Below, in pieces: positions 48,301 through 61,224 of a stretch of DNA of 64,000 nt (position 1 is the stretch's first letter; each line of letters begins with the position of its first letter). The notes under the pieces are model-generated. The model was not told the DNA's origin. It saw only the letters and a list, made by a program, of their open reading frames with translations, and did not search any database. Position numbers and translations under genes: made by a program. The DNA is from Gracilinanus agilis (Eukaryota), in contig NC_058130.1 in the NCBI RefSeq assembly GCF_016433145.1, forward strand, positions 777,971,002 to 778,035,001. The letters run 5' to 3'.

Positions 48301-50043
48301 ATGTACATAGCACACACAGCGCCAGCTGGGCTGCTTTCAGTGTCTTTTGGCTCCTTTTACTTAGGATTAGTTTTATCCCTGGTGAGGGCTGCTGTCAATT
48401 TGTGTTTTCCTGCTACAGGCAATTCCTACCTTCTCTCTTCCCCCTCCCAGTTCTTTTCCAGGCCCACATTGTGTACTTCAAACTTGGATTAAAAAGTAGT
48501 TTCTATATCCTTGTATTCATTCAATAAATACTAAGCACCTACTGTGGCCTTAAGTACCCTGCACTGAAGCAGGGCTCAGCAACTGTCTGTGTGTCCATCA
48601 TACAAAGACCAGGCAGGTTTTGTGGAGAGAGCTCAGCTTATCAGCCAAGGGGGAACAGCGTCTGTGACCATGGAAACTCATGAAACTATACTAAGATGTG
48701 AAGAGGCTCTTATCTATATGGATGGAGGGAGTATCCACAGCAGTCAAATTATGGATCCTTGACATGGAAAAATGAGCATGTGGGATAAACACTGTGCTTA
48801 GGGGACCTGAAAGAGTACATAACTGAGAAAGGTACAGGTCCTGCCCCCTCAGATCTTAGGACCTGGTGACCAAGAAGAAGATGGGACATAAGTATACAAC
48901 AAATACAAGGTAAATGTAGACTGTGGTATGAACTCTTTAGGAGAAGGAAGAATTTGACCTAGAGCCTTGAAGGACAGAAATAATTTAACCCTCAAAAAGA
49001 GGATGAAGATGTCCTCTGTAGCAGAGGGTTTGAGGAGGGAAAGATAATGACTTAAGTTTGGGACACGTTGAGTTCAAGATGTTGACTAGGCCTGAAATGT
49101 TCACTTACCTTGTCTGAGCTTCAATGTCCTTCTCCGTAAAATGAAGGTGATGGTTGTTTTGAAAAATAGACTCTTGCATCTCACTTAATGCTATTAAAAA
49201 ATAATAAAAGCAAATGGCTTTTCTAAGGCATTAACCATTTCTCAAGGAGAAACAAGGAATCTTACTTTCTCCAAAGACCAGTGTTTAGTGGGAAAAAATT
49301 ATTGGGGAGAAGAAAGAAGCATTTTAAAATTTCTGACCACACTTTTTAAGGATATATTTTAATATCTGTTATTCTCATGTCACCCATATTTCCAAATGTA
49401 TTCCTTCCTTGAAGAGATTTTCAAAAAGAGACAAAAAAGTCCAACAAACTAATCCACATAGGAAAAAAAGTTTGATGTCATATACAATTTTCTAGCCAAG
49501 CTTGCTGGGAGGAAGCCTCATGGTATAATAGAATTCTAACTCATCATCTGACCTTTGGCCACTCGCTTTGCTTATCTGATCCTTAATCTTTTCTTCCAAA
49601 GAATGAGGCTGTTCAACTTAAATGGTCTTTAAGGTTCCTTTCACCTTTGTCATGGTACGTGAATAGGACCCAGGACAGATACTCAAAGGATATCTATAGA
49701 TCATGAACACCAGCAAAAGAAACAGAGTCAGGAGACAAAGAGTAGTGACATCCTCGGGAAATAGTGTTTCAAAAGTGTTAAATGCTAGAAAGAAGTCAAA
49801 ACAATGATAAGAATAATAAAGATGGAGCAAAGCCTATGTGATTTAGCAATGAAGAAATTATAGGATGCCCATTATCTCCATATTATTTAACTTTGTACTA
49901 TAAATGCTAAATATTGCAATAAGACAAGAAAAAGAAATTGAAATAATTAGAATAGACAAGAATGAAAAGGTTTGGGAAAGTCCCTGTGGTGAGTGGGAGA
50001 GTTGAACCAATTAGGGAGCTATTTGGAGGGATACTGTCTTACT

Positions 50044-50620
50044 CTGTTATAATTCAATAAGATGAATGTGAGTCAGCACCAAGAGTCCCTGGGGCAAATT
50101 ATGCCAATTGCTTCTGTATTCATTTTCTTTATTGGGGTTGTTCTTCGGGATCAGACCTGGTCTGTATATTGGACCCTTCCCTTGGAGACTTGAACAGAGA
50201 GTTCCTGGCAATATAGTTGGAATTTAGAAGAGTCAAGCAACATGTTACTATTAGGTTTTGGGTAGACAAATGGTCTAGTTGAGCTGAGTCTTGACACTAA
50301 GTGAAACCCAGAATTTGACAACAGGGTCCAAGAATAGACTTTGAAACAAGCAGGATTCTGGTTTCAGGCAGAAAGAGTTAAGTGTCAGGCCCTCAATGAG
50401 GGCTTGGGGGGCAAGAACCAGGGTTCAGTTTGTCACACTCAAAGCCTAAGTCCATTTTTATCAGCTGCTCTCATAATTATGAGGTAATCCTTATTTGGCC
50501 AGAGAGTTCTTGCTTTCTAGCTTCCATGGAGTCACTGAGTCAACAGACTCCCATACCTGCTAGCTAGAGAATTCTTTATACCAACCCAACTTTCATGAGC
50601 TTCCATGAAATTTATAGACT
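50044..50620 (-). mobile_element. LTR-like relic (far boundary uncertain)
   Basis: Begins TGTTATAA, the same terminus as the 53340 LTR; reverse poly(A) signal TTTATT near 50128. Confidence 0.5.
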
Positions 50621-50739
50621 AATAAATAGACAGGATATTTTTTGATTTTATGATATTTTGATTCTTATTTTGAATATTTCTCCCAAAATTTAATTTTCTT
50701 ATGCTTTTGGTTTGGTTTTTTTTTTTGATAGACTCATAC

Positions 50740-51186
50740 ACCCCACCCTCTTCAGGGGGGATTGTATTTTTATAAAAATCCAAGCCTTAAAATTTTGTTC
50801 AAGAAAATTTTTTCAGAAAAAGAAGTCTGCTAACACTTTGAAACCAGAAAATGGACTATTTGTCTGCAGAAAGCTACAAGATGATCCAGAAAAGATGCCT
50901 GCAGAAATCTACACTGAATCAAGACGATCCAAAATGAATTTGGGGGTGCAACTATAATTGAACTTAAGGGGACTAAACACAATTATTTTGAATTGTAAAC
51001 TCTTATGCCAAGGGGGATTGCCTCCTAATTGGCTTTTCGTTAACGCGTCTAGCAAAACATTGGTTTTGCTTTCTATCTCTTCTACTTACCTCTTATCTCT
51101 ATTGTAGTTAGAATTTTAGGGGTACAAGATGATTATGTCAAAGGATCAATTAGGGAGACCAGTCTCCCAAATGATCATGGGGGGAT
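50740..51186 (+). mobile_element. ERV 3' internal or LTR-like segment ending in a polypurine tract
   Basis: ATGGGGGGAT lies immediately before the LTR start; a similar AGGGGGGAT-TGT junction occurs near 50755-50764. Confidence 0.5.
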
Positions 51187-51883
51187 TGTGATAATTAAAT
51201 TAAATCTACACTGCCCATCTTTAGATTTAATCACCAAAGGTGAGAGTATCTATAATTCTGGGAGGTCCGTAACTCACATGTGCTAGAGTGGGTGACAAAT
51301 CAGAATCAAATGACTGCCCCCTAGGCAGTTCTTTGAGAAGCTTCTATTGTGATTAGACATGCAAACTGGGGGGAAGGCATAGGAAGTGACGCATAAGTGA
51401 CCCCTTTAAAAGGAGAATGTCATCAGTCAGCTGAGAGGTCTTCTGGTGAAGAGGGCTGCTGCTGAAGGAACTCTTCTGGTCTGTGGAGGAGTGCTGGCTA
51501 GAACGCTGAGACCTTGGTGAGACTACTTTCAATATCTTCTTTAGAAGTCCACGTGGTGAGTTTAAAGACTGAATCTTCCTGAACTTCTTTTAAGGAATTC
51601 CCCTTAATAGAGACTATGAATGAAGCTTTTCTTCATTCACCTCTGGGCCTCTGGCACTCTCTCAGCTGAGAGTTAATTAGATCTACCTGTATTAATTGGA
51701 GGATCATAGTAATTTACCTACCATGTTAGATTCTTATTCCCTTATTTCCTCTCTTTCTTCTCAATTGTAAATAAACTTCCATAAAAGTCAATTTTGACTT
51801 GAGGTTATTCCTAAATGGGGAAATTTCCCCTGGTGACCACCTTTTAATATATTGAACCCAAAAAGCCCTTTTTTCCCCTTACA
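51187..51883 (+). mobile_element. ERV LTR (about 700 bp)
   Basis: TGT...ACA termini, a preceding PPT, TATA-like TTTAAAA at 51405-51411, AATAAA at 51770-51775 and donor GTG|GTGAGT at 51556. Confidence 0.8.
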
Positions 51884-51959
51884 CCTGGATAAATCTGAAT
51901 TGTTTCAAATACCACATACAAACAGGTCCCTTAAGGAGATCAGGGCCCAGTAAAGGGGA

Positions 51960-52790
51960 AAGTGAATAATTAAGAGTGTTATGAATCAATTGTCAGATAT
52001 GAATAATAATGAAATATTATTGTGTTAGAAGAGACAATTTGAGAGAAACCTAGGGATTGACTTATACAAATTGGTTGATGCATAGTAAAATGACCATAGA
52101 CAGCAGGCCTGTTTATACAATAACAATTACATTGTAAAAAGGAAAAAATTTTAAAGACTTTCACATTCTGATCAAAAGAATTGCAGTGAACCAATGAGAA
52201 AGCCTGCTGCTCTCCTTCTGGAATAGGGATGATGTGCACAAAATGCAGAATGGATTGTACATAGCCTATAGAGGGATTTGTTTTGCTTGACTATTGCATA
52301 TTTCTGTTATAAGAATGTTCTTTTTCTCTGGAAAAACTTATATGAACTGACGTAAAGGGAAGTGAACAAAACCAGAAGAACATTGAACACAGTGACAACA
52401 ATATTTCTTGATGAATAACTATGAGCAACCTAGTTATTTTCATCAATGCAGTGATCCAAGACATTCTCATAGATTTGTGATGAAAAATGCCATCAGACCT
52501 CTGAGAAAGAACTAATGAAGTCTGGATGCAGAGTGAAAAATACTATATTTCATTTTCTTTCTTCTTTTCTTCCTCCTCCTCCACACAGTGACTAGGGAAA
52601 AATGTTTTACATGATTGCACATGTAAAATCTATATCAGATTGTTTACCATCTCAGAGTGGGGAGGACTAGAAGAAAGGAGAATACTTGGAATGCAAAACT
52701 TAAAAAATGAATGTTAAAAATTGTTATAACATATAATAGGGTAAAACAAAATATCGTTTTTAAAAAAATGTCCTTGGCTTGGGGGGGGAG
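51960..52790 (+). mobile_element. Old L1 3' mosaic
   Basis: tataaaggaagtgaac/accagaagaacattg-type L1 3' motifs and gaaaaatgttttacatgattgcacatgt. Confidence 0.7.
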
Positions 52791-52921
52791 GGGAGGGATA
52801 TTTCTTCAGATGGCAGGGGTGGAGTAGGAATGAGAGTAAGACTAAAGAAAAGAGACTTTCCTCACAATCAAAGTCAAGAAAGACAGCTCTGAAAGTTACA
52901 TGTCGAATTTCTAGTATACTT

Positions 52922-53131
52922 TTTTTTTTTTTAAAAAGCCTTTACCTTCTGTCTTAGAATCAATACTAAGTATCCGTTCTAAGGCAAAAGAGTGGTAAGG
53001 GTTATGCAATGGGAGTTAAGTGACTTGCCCAGGGTCACACAGCTAGAAAGTGTCTGAGGCTAGATTTGAATCCAGGACCTCCCATCTCTAGGCCTGGCTC
53101 TAAATCCACTGAGCCACCTAGCTGCCTCCTG
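52922..53131 (-). mobile_element. SINE1_Mdo-like SINE
   Basis: Full body; TSD TAGTATACTT(T) at 52912 and 53132. Confidence 0.95.
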
Positions 53132-53339
53132 TAGTATACTTTAAAAGAAGGCAAACTATATATAATAAAATTTCAAGGTTTCGTGTACAGGCCTATCCGG
53201 TTCCACATTGAGTATGGAAAGGTTCATTTTATTTATTGTTTTTAAATTCAGAATCAAAAGAAAATTAACAAAGAAAAGGGAAGGGATCTGTTGTTCCACT
53301 TTGAGATTATTTGCAAATTCTTTCGGGATCCCTTACTGT

Positions 53340-54124
53340 TGTTATATTCAAATCCTGAGAAATGTTGGAGTCACCTTGAATGACAAGGGAGGCAGTTGGA
53401 GAGATTAGAATGTTCCCAGATGCTGTGAGCCAGGGGCAAAGTCAGTTGGCCTGGGAGTATAAATACCCCTAACAGCCACCTGGAGGGAGTCTTTGGTTTT
53501 GGTCTTTTGGTCCTTTGGACTTTGGTTCCTTAGATCTTTAGGTCTCTGAATCTTCCTAGCTCTTTGAGTCTCTTGGTCCCTGGGTGGTGAAGGGAGGCTG
53601 GGAGGTCTGAAGAAGCAGAGGGTGGGTAGGATCTGAATACTTCCTGAAGGCTGTGAGAGCTAGTACATCACCAAACACTGATAGTGAGAAGCTGAGAGAT
53701 CATTAACACAGCTGTATCAAGAGCAGTCACTTTCTCTGGTTTGGCAGTGGCCAAGCTGGACCAGAGGGGTTTTGAAGAATAAAGCTCCAGCTTCTACTAA
53801 ATCAATATCCTCCAGTCATAAGTGATTATAGAATATAGATATTAGATTGACAGGGTCTCCAATCCCAATCCTTATCCTGATTATCCTTTCCTGATTTAGA
53901 TTATAGCTAAAGAGTGTTTAATAAGTACCTTCCTGAGTGGTCTTTATATCACGACCCTTGGGGAAGGAGCAAACACAGTCAGATAACAAATGTGATCCAA
54001 GGCTAATCAGAGCCCAGTATTAATCATTGATCCAACCCCAGGTTGGACCTGAAAGAGTACCCATCCACCTAACCTTTTGGGGTCTTTCCCTGGGCAACTG
54101 TTATTGAAAGGGGAAATTATAACA
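53340..54124 (+). mobile_element. Solo LTR (785 bp)
   Basis: Perfect 7-bp inverted termini TGTTATA/TATAACA, TATAAA at 53458-53463, AATAAA at 53778-53783, partial TSD ACTGT/ACTAG. Confidence 0.85.
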
Positions 54125-55371
54125 ACTAGCAAGGGTGATTGGGGTTAGTGTTCCCCCATCACCTGCACCTAGGGAGAATACAAAGATACATCCACCTCAC
54201 TGCATATCTATATCTCCCTAGGACCTTCTCTTTCTTTATAACACTGTGTAAGTAAAATGGGTTCTCTCCCAGCTGTTTTGTCAACATCTCCAATTCATCT
54301 CATCTCTCTCCAGCTTATACATAATATTTCTATTTTAGCTCCTTTTAGACTGTGACTTCTGAAAGAAGGGACTGTCTTTTTCCTTTCTTTTGAACCCCAG
54401 TGACTGACTCACACATGACACATAATAGGTGCTTAATTAAGATGCCTATTGACTTGAGTAATAGTAAAGAGGAAGTATTAGCCAATCTTGAGGGTGGGAT
54501 GTATTATGTACTCATGTACCAAAGTTCCACCAGAGTGAAGATAAACAAGTAGACATTCATAGGCACTCATTAGCTCTTTACTCCTGGACCATTGATCCAA
54601 GACCCAGAAGCTTCTCTCTCCAAAATTCTATTCCAAGCTCTTTCTCCTTCTCTTCAGTAGCTTTCCTTTCTTTCTCAGCATTGTTATCAAAGAATTCCCA
54701 GTAGATGAGCTAGTAAAAGTGCTCAGATTATATCATGGATATAGCCTGAGAAAAGTAAGTTTTGAGCCCATTATACCACTATTGTAATCCCTAATAATGT
54801 ACTGCCTAGAGGACCTTCCTTGTGTTTTTGTTGAATGTTTCTAGAGTTGTTCACAACTTCTCTCCTTTCTTCAATTATAAGGTCCTTGAAGGATAACCAT
54901 GTATTTACTCATCACTATATTCCCTGGAGTAGTAGGCCCTTAGTAAATGTTGATAAGTTGATAGCTTGGTTTAATTATATGTAGATGGGTGTTATGTTTC
55001 TGCCCAAGGGCAGCTAGGTAGCACAGTGCCAGGTGTCAGAAGATCTTCATTCAAATCCAGTTGCTGACACTTAATAGCAGTGTAACCTTTGGCAAGTCAC
55101 TTAAGCTCTGTTTGCCTCGCTTTTCTCTGCTGTAAAATGTGGATAATAATAGCATCTACCTCCTAGGAATGTTGTAAGGATCAAATGAGATAATATTTAT
55201 AAAATCCTTAGTACATTGTACAAAGTAGTACAAAGTAGGTGCTATATAAAAATGATAGCTATTAGTATTATTGACCAAATAAGGAAAAGAATCTATTATA
55301 AATAGAGAAGGGAAAGGAATAAGCATTTATTAGGCACCTACCACATGCCAGGTACTATGTTGAGATCTTTG

Positions 55372-56577
55372 GGTTTATCAAATACTGGATTACTGTGGTC
55401 ATTTGCTTTTGATGTTGTGTACCTAATCTGTTCAGTTCATCAACCAGAAGAATTCTATTGTTTTTTTCCAACTCTATAAAATAATTTTTTGGTATTTTTA
55501 TTGATATGATTATTTGGTTTTTTTAATCTTTGTGGCTCTTTTAAAAAAGCTCTTTAACTTTTCTTGGAATTCTTACTGGATTTGTGCCCAATGTACATTT
55601 TTCATTGAGACTTTGCCTATAGATGTTTTGAGGTCATTGTCTTCTATGTTTCTTCATCCTAGATTTTTATGATTGGGCACTTTTTTTGCTGCTGTTCATT
55701 CATTCTTCCTTTTTTTGGCTTTGATTCCCTGATGGTATTGTACTCTTTTCCCTTCTGAGGATGGGGGGGGGGGGCAGGCGGGATAGTGGCAATATATGTC
55801 TTTCTGCTGCTTTCACAGCTCGGTCTGTGGTCTGGAAGAACTTGTAAAGACCTGCAATTTTCGTGCTTCTGATACTGTAATTTAGGGCAAGTTGCAGTCT
55901 GTTCACTGCCTCCTGATCTAAGCTTTGCAAGTTCTTGACCCAGGCTTGGGTCTGTTGGTGCAACAGACATGGTTGAGTTTCAAAGAGACTGTTGCTGGAA
56001 TTAGTCACTGTTAGCTTCCTGGGAGGTTCTGCAGATTCAGAGCAACCGAACTGCTTCCTCCCCTTGGGTTTTGGTCTCCTGCCCTGATTGATTTTATTTC
56101 AGGCTTCTGTACAGGACCAAAGGTTAGAACTGAGTCTCCCGTCTGCACCTGGGATCAGAGCACACCCCACTGGTTCCTTCCTCGGCACATATTAGGGTTG
56201 GTTTACTTGCAACCCCTCCCTTCCACCCTGGCTCAGTGACTGAGAATTGAATAATGAGTAACAGCTTGCCAGTTGGCCCCCATTCCTGCTCCTTAGACCA
56301 ATTTAGGAGTCCTCTGGGACCTCTTCTGCCCTAATATCAGGTCTCGGCTCCCTTTCTGTCCTTGGGTACTGCTGAGTTCCCTGCCTATGGTGGGAACTCA
56401 TCCCACCCTAGTATCCATAGATCTCACTATCTTAAGCTGCCCTGGGCTGAATAAATGACTCATGGTCACTTTTTCTTTGCTTTCCCAATCACATGTTTTC
56501 TAGGTTATTGTGGAGAAGATGTGCTAGGTCAACTTGGTAAGAATGATGGCTCTTACTCGACCATCTTGGCTCTGACC
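55372..56577 (-). mobile_element. L1 5' end (5' UTR plus ORF1 start) joined directly to distal ORF2 pieces
   Basis: The 5' terminus reads gagccaagatgg on the minus strand (56561-56577). An ORF1 N-terminus-like segment is followed by IKIPKNYFIELEK and a W/LNRLG..FDKPKD-like ORF2 segment. Confidence 0.8.
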
Positions 56578-56689
56578 TTGGTTAGGTAGCTTTTTAAAGT
56601 TCACACAGGTAGTAGTTGTCACAGGTGAGATTTAGACCTAGATCCTTTGACACCAGGGCTCTTTCTGCTCTACTGAGTGAGGCCTGGTG

Positions 56690-56960
56690 GTTTCACCCAC
56701 TATTCTTCTGGTTCCAGCAACCAAACTTTGCCTTGGGATCCCCTCCCACAGAAACCAGTCCTTAGTCTGCCTCTGGCCTGCTAAAAGGCCAATTACGGGA
56801 ACATGGCAGTTCCTCAGACTGAAGTTCATCCCTCTGCCAATTAAAGCCCCCTCCTGCCTTAAGATTTCCCAAAAGACTTTGCAGCATCCATCCTTTGACT
56901 CTGGCTTGGTGAGCTGATTAGCATGAAACACACTGTCAGTGGAGCTCAGTCTTCTAAACA
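56690..56960. promoter_or_regulatory. Candidate enhancer with paired homeodomain sites
   Basis: Repeat-free block with GCCAATTA at 56788 and 56836, TGATTA at 56915 and CTTTGA near 56893. Confidence 0.35.
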
Positions 56961-59639
56961 TTTTGATAGTAGTATAAAAATTTGCTGTTTTTAATCACTA
57001 AACTAAAGGGGAGGCAACAAATAGAAGGTATCAGATGAGCTCAGAAGCCTGCTCCATTTTCTTTCCTTTTGTTCCAGAGATCATTCTGACAGAGCCCCAG
57101 AGGAGCTTCTTCCGAGAAATTTGATTCATATAGTCCAGGAGATGACAAACCTAATTCTAAAAATATCTCTTCTAGCATATGATGGAGGTAGCTGTTTCCA
57201 TGACAACTTGTTCTTTTGAAGGATCCTACAAATGAAAGAGCTATGGGCTAGAATCTTTATTTAGGAATTCTAAGAGGAGGAAATGCCTTATAACACCATT
57301 CTATTTGATTCTAAGTATTAAGTTTCTACTCTATGCAGTGTACTGTGTTTGCCATTTGGGGGAGATAAGAGGAAAATAAGACCCAATCCCTGCCCTCTTT
57401 GGAACTCACCATCTACTGGAGAGTTGGGGCAGATACAACATATACACTTATGCCAAACCAAACAGGAAAGGTGCATGGGAGAAGTATGAGCAAAAGGCCA
57501 TGAGGGCTAAGGACAGAGAAATTACTTCCTTTTGGTTTGTCTGTATCATTAGCTTACAACTACCTTACAACTCTACCCTTAATGACAGTCAGAAAATGCC
57601 TTGTTTTGCTCCTGTAGTCAGTTGCCTTTCCACCAAAGATACATGCTTCATCATAAATCTCAAAATATGATTGACTTATTAAATTGGTCAGAGTGTTTAA
57701 GTCTTTTCAAGTTGTTTTCCTTTATAATGTTATAATAATTGCCTAAATAGGTTGCTTAGTTTGACTTACTTCACTCTCCATTGGTACAGACAGGTCTTCC
57801 CAGGAGAAAAACGCATTTCTAACTGAGCAGATCATTGAAGGCTTCCTGGAGCAGTTGATATTTGATGAGAACTTCAAAAAAGTATGAGATCTCAGGAAGA
57901 GAATGGGTTGGCAAGGGTATTCCAGGCTTAGAAAATAAGGAGATGGTGTAGATAGGCAAACATGGAATACTCACAGGAGATAGTGCATCGTTAAGCTTGC
58001 CTCAAATGAGTAGATGAGGAAGAACACTGGAATAGAAATCTGGAAAGAGAAATTGGAAACTTAACTAAGGAAAGGAAAAAGCATTAACATATGTAGCACA
58101 GTAGTATTACAGGCAATGTGCTAAGCAGCAAGGGAACAAATACAAGCAAAAGGATAAGCCAGTGCCCTCTAGCACCTTACATTCTACTGGGGAAGCTATA
58201 GAACCAGGGTGGCTGTGATGGGGAAGATAGTACCTAATGCAGAGAGAGTGTGTGTCAGAGAGTTAAGAAAGCCAGGAGGGGAAAGAAGTTTGGTCAGCCC
58301 GATCCCCCTCACAAAGTGGAATCTTCAGGAGGAATTCACTAGTTGGAGGAGCCAGGCTTAAGAACTGATGAACAAGAGAGGATCATCCTAGGATTTGAAA
58401 TTTAGAGGTAGAAGAGATGATCATCTTGTCCAACTCCCTCATTTTGCAGTAGAGGATCCTGAGGGCCAGGGAACCTAGGTAATTTGTTCCCAGTCACAGT
58501 GACAAAGCAAGAATTCCAAACCAGGACCTTGACTCCAGCTCTCTCACTCTGATCCAAGGTCTGTATTTGGCAAGATTAATCTGTTAGCAAAATGAACAAC
58601 AAATTAGAGGGAAACAAACTACTGAGGAGGCTATTCCAGTGTGCTAGGGGATGGTTTTGTATATCTTGCATGGTTATAGTAGGAATGGAGAAGAAAGAAA
58701 AAGCAAATGATAGATTTTATTTAGTCTAAGGAAAAGAACCCTGGGTTCTAAATCAGAAGATTGGGTTTCCATCCCAGCTCTACCACTTAATATTCCTTAC
58801 CCTTAGCATCTCTCAGCCTCAGTTTTTTTCATTTGTAAAACAGGGAGGGTGAATGAGAAGACCTCTAAAGATTTCTTTCCAGCTCTTCATCTGTGATCCT
58901 ATGTATTCAATTCAATGAGTATGAATGCCCATTGTATAAGTGACCCTGTATTTGATGCCATGGAACATATCTAGGGAATTGAGAATGTAAGGGCAAACCA
59001 ATGGACAGGCTTTGGAACCAGTGGGATTAGTGAGATTCACAAGGACTGTACATTCTGTAATTCTCCAACACTTTTCTGGAAGTTGAGGCAGAGAATTTCC
59101 AGACTCCAGGCAATGCAGAGTAGAATCAGGGAGTATCCCACTTACCCATCTTCAGCATTGGTGTTGGGATCTACTGCCATTCTGCCCAACCTCATCTACT
59201 ATGACTAGCAAATTCCTGCCACCCCTTTACTCTCCCAATCCTTGTGATACAATTTTTTTAAAAAAACTACTACCCCAGCTTTCTACATCCCATTCTCTCT
59301 TCTTCATCCTCTTCAACCCTATCTCCCACCTCTTGTTCCATTCTAGTCCCATTTGCCTTTTCCGTTGTGCCCTCTGGAATTCCTGTTTCATAATTGGTTT
59401 CCTTCATTTTAGACTTATTTGTGCCTCTTACATGTTCTGGTACTCATAGAAAAGTCTCTCTCCTAATGGCATTGCATTCTTACCCATTCTTTCTGGTATT
59501 GGTTGTATATACAAGGGAGGGTTGGAATACTCCATTTTCCCCATTGCCACTTCCAAACTCTTCCCTCTTCCACTGACTCAATAACTTTTCATCTTTTGAA
59601 GTTATTTCATTCCAGATCTGTCACCCAATTCACATTATG

Positions 59640-61170
59640 GTAGCTGGGTAGCTATTATCTATTGATTCTACGGACTTTCTCCTTCCTTTCTCAGTGAGTT
59701 AAGTGCCTGGTTCACAATTTCTCCTACCTCACCTCATTCAATGGAACTTCAACATATATATTGGTGTTCCCTGAAATATCCTAACTTCCAAATTCCTCAA
59801 AATCTTCAACTCTTGTGACTATTCCTCCATTCTACCTCAGGTAAATATAGATATGGTCATAGCTGTCCCTGACCTTGTCATCACCTTTTCCATGATCAAG
59901 AACTTTTTACTTCCTTTATCTGATTATAATCTTTTATTTTTGCATTTCTTCTTTTGCCTTGTCCCTCCTAAACCTACTCCTCATTTTCACCAAGATATCT
60001 CATCCTTTAATTCCTCAGCACTTGTCCAAGGCTATCACTCCTGCTCTGGCTGTATACTCCTTCCCTCGTAATTTTAACCCTTCTATGAACTAGTTAAACC
60101 CTACACTATTCTCTTCTCTTGAATCTTTGTTCTCATGTCCTCTTACCACTCATACTTTACCAAGCCCCAATCCTGAATTATTTCTACTATCCTCCTCTTT
60201 CACTTTTGCTCATGAGCTGCTGAATAAAACTGGAAGAAATCCTCAAACTATGATGACTGGATCCATTACAAACCTGTTCAGGCTAATTTAAACTAGGTTC
60301 TCACTTCAATAAGGCAGTCTCACTACTCCTTCCTAACTGATTTCATATTTCAGGCATCGCAACAGCTGTTCTAAACCTTTTCTTCACTCTGTAATCCTCC
60401 CATACCACTTTCTCCTCCCACCCACCCTCATCTACTGATGACTTGGCCTCATACTTCACTGAAAAAACTGATTGTCTTCATTGCTACCTCCTATACCCTC
60501 TCTTCATCTCATATCGTTTTAACATCATCCCCCCACTATCTCACATCTTTCTGAACTTCTTCAAAGGCACTATCATCCCTTGTTTAAGAACCCCACCCAA
60601 GTCCACAGCTTTTAGTGTCATCTTTGAGATCTCTCTCTCTCTCTCCACACCCACACATTCTCCTCCCTCTCCACTTCCCTCCACCTCTCCTTCTCTCCCT
60701 CTTCCCCCTCTCCCCACCTCATCTGGACTGTTACAATAGCTTTCTAATTGGTCTCAATGCCTCAAGTCTCTCCCTACTCCAAATTTGTACTAAGATACCA
60801 AGGTGATTTCCTAAAGCATAGATCTGACAGTATTATCACCCTACTCAAAGAATTCCAGAGGGCCCCCTACTGCCTCCAGAATCAAATATAAAATTCATTG
60901 TTTGTTATTTGAAGTTTTTCATAAGCCAACTCCTTCCTGCCTTTTCAGCCTTCCTACATTGAGTTCCCCTCCATGTAGTCTATGATCTAGTCATAATGGC
61001 CTACTTGTTCTTTGAAAGTTTTTCTCCATGTCTCATCTGGGTACCTTTGCACTGGTTATTTCCTATGTCTGAAATGCTTTGTCTTCCAGTTCTTGGTTGT
61101 TAGAATCTTTGACTTCCTTTAAACAGTTGATTTAGCCCAAGGGTCACTTCCCAGCTACTAGTACCAATTT
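59640..61170 (+). mobile_element. L2 relic (endonuclease/RT region to 3' part)
   Basis: ggaacttcaacatatat, gctgctgaataaaactgga, ctactcaaagaattccagagggccccctactgcctccagaatcaaa. Confidence 0.8.
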
Positions 61171-61224
61171 CTTATACATATATATTCTCTCCTTTTTTAA
61201 GGAAAAAATTTTAAATTTTAATTT

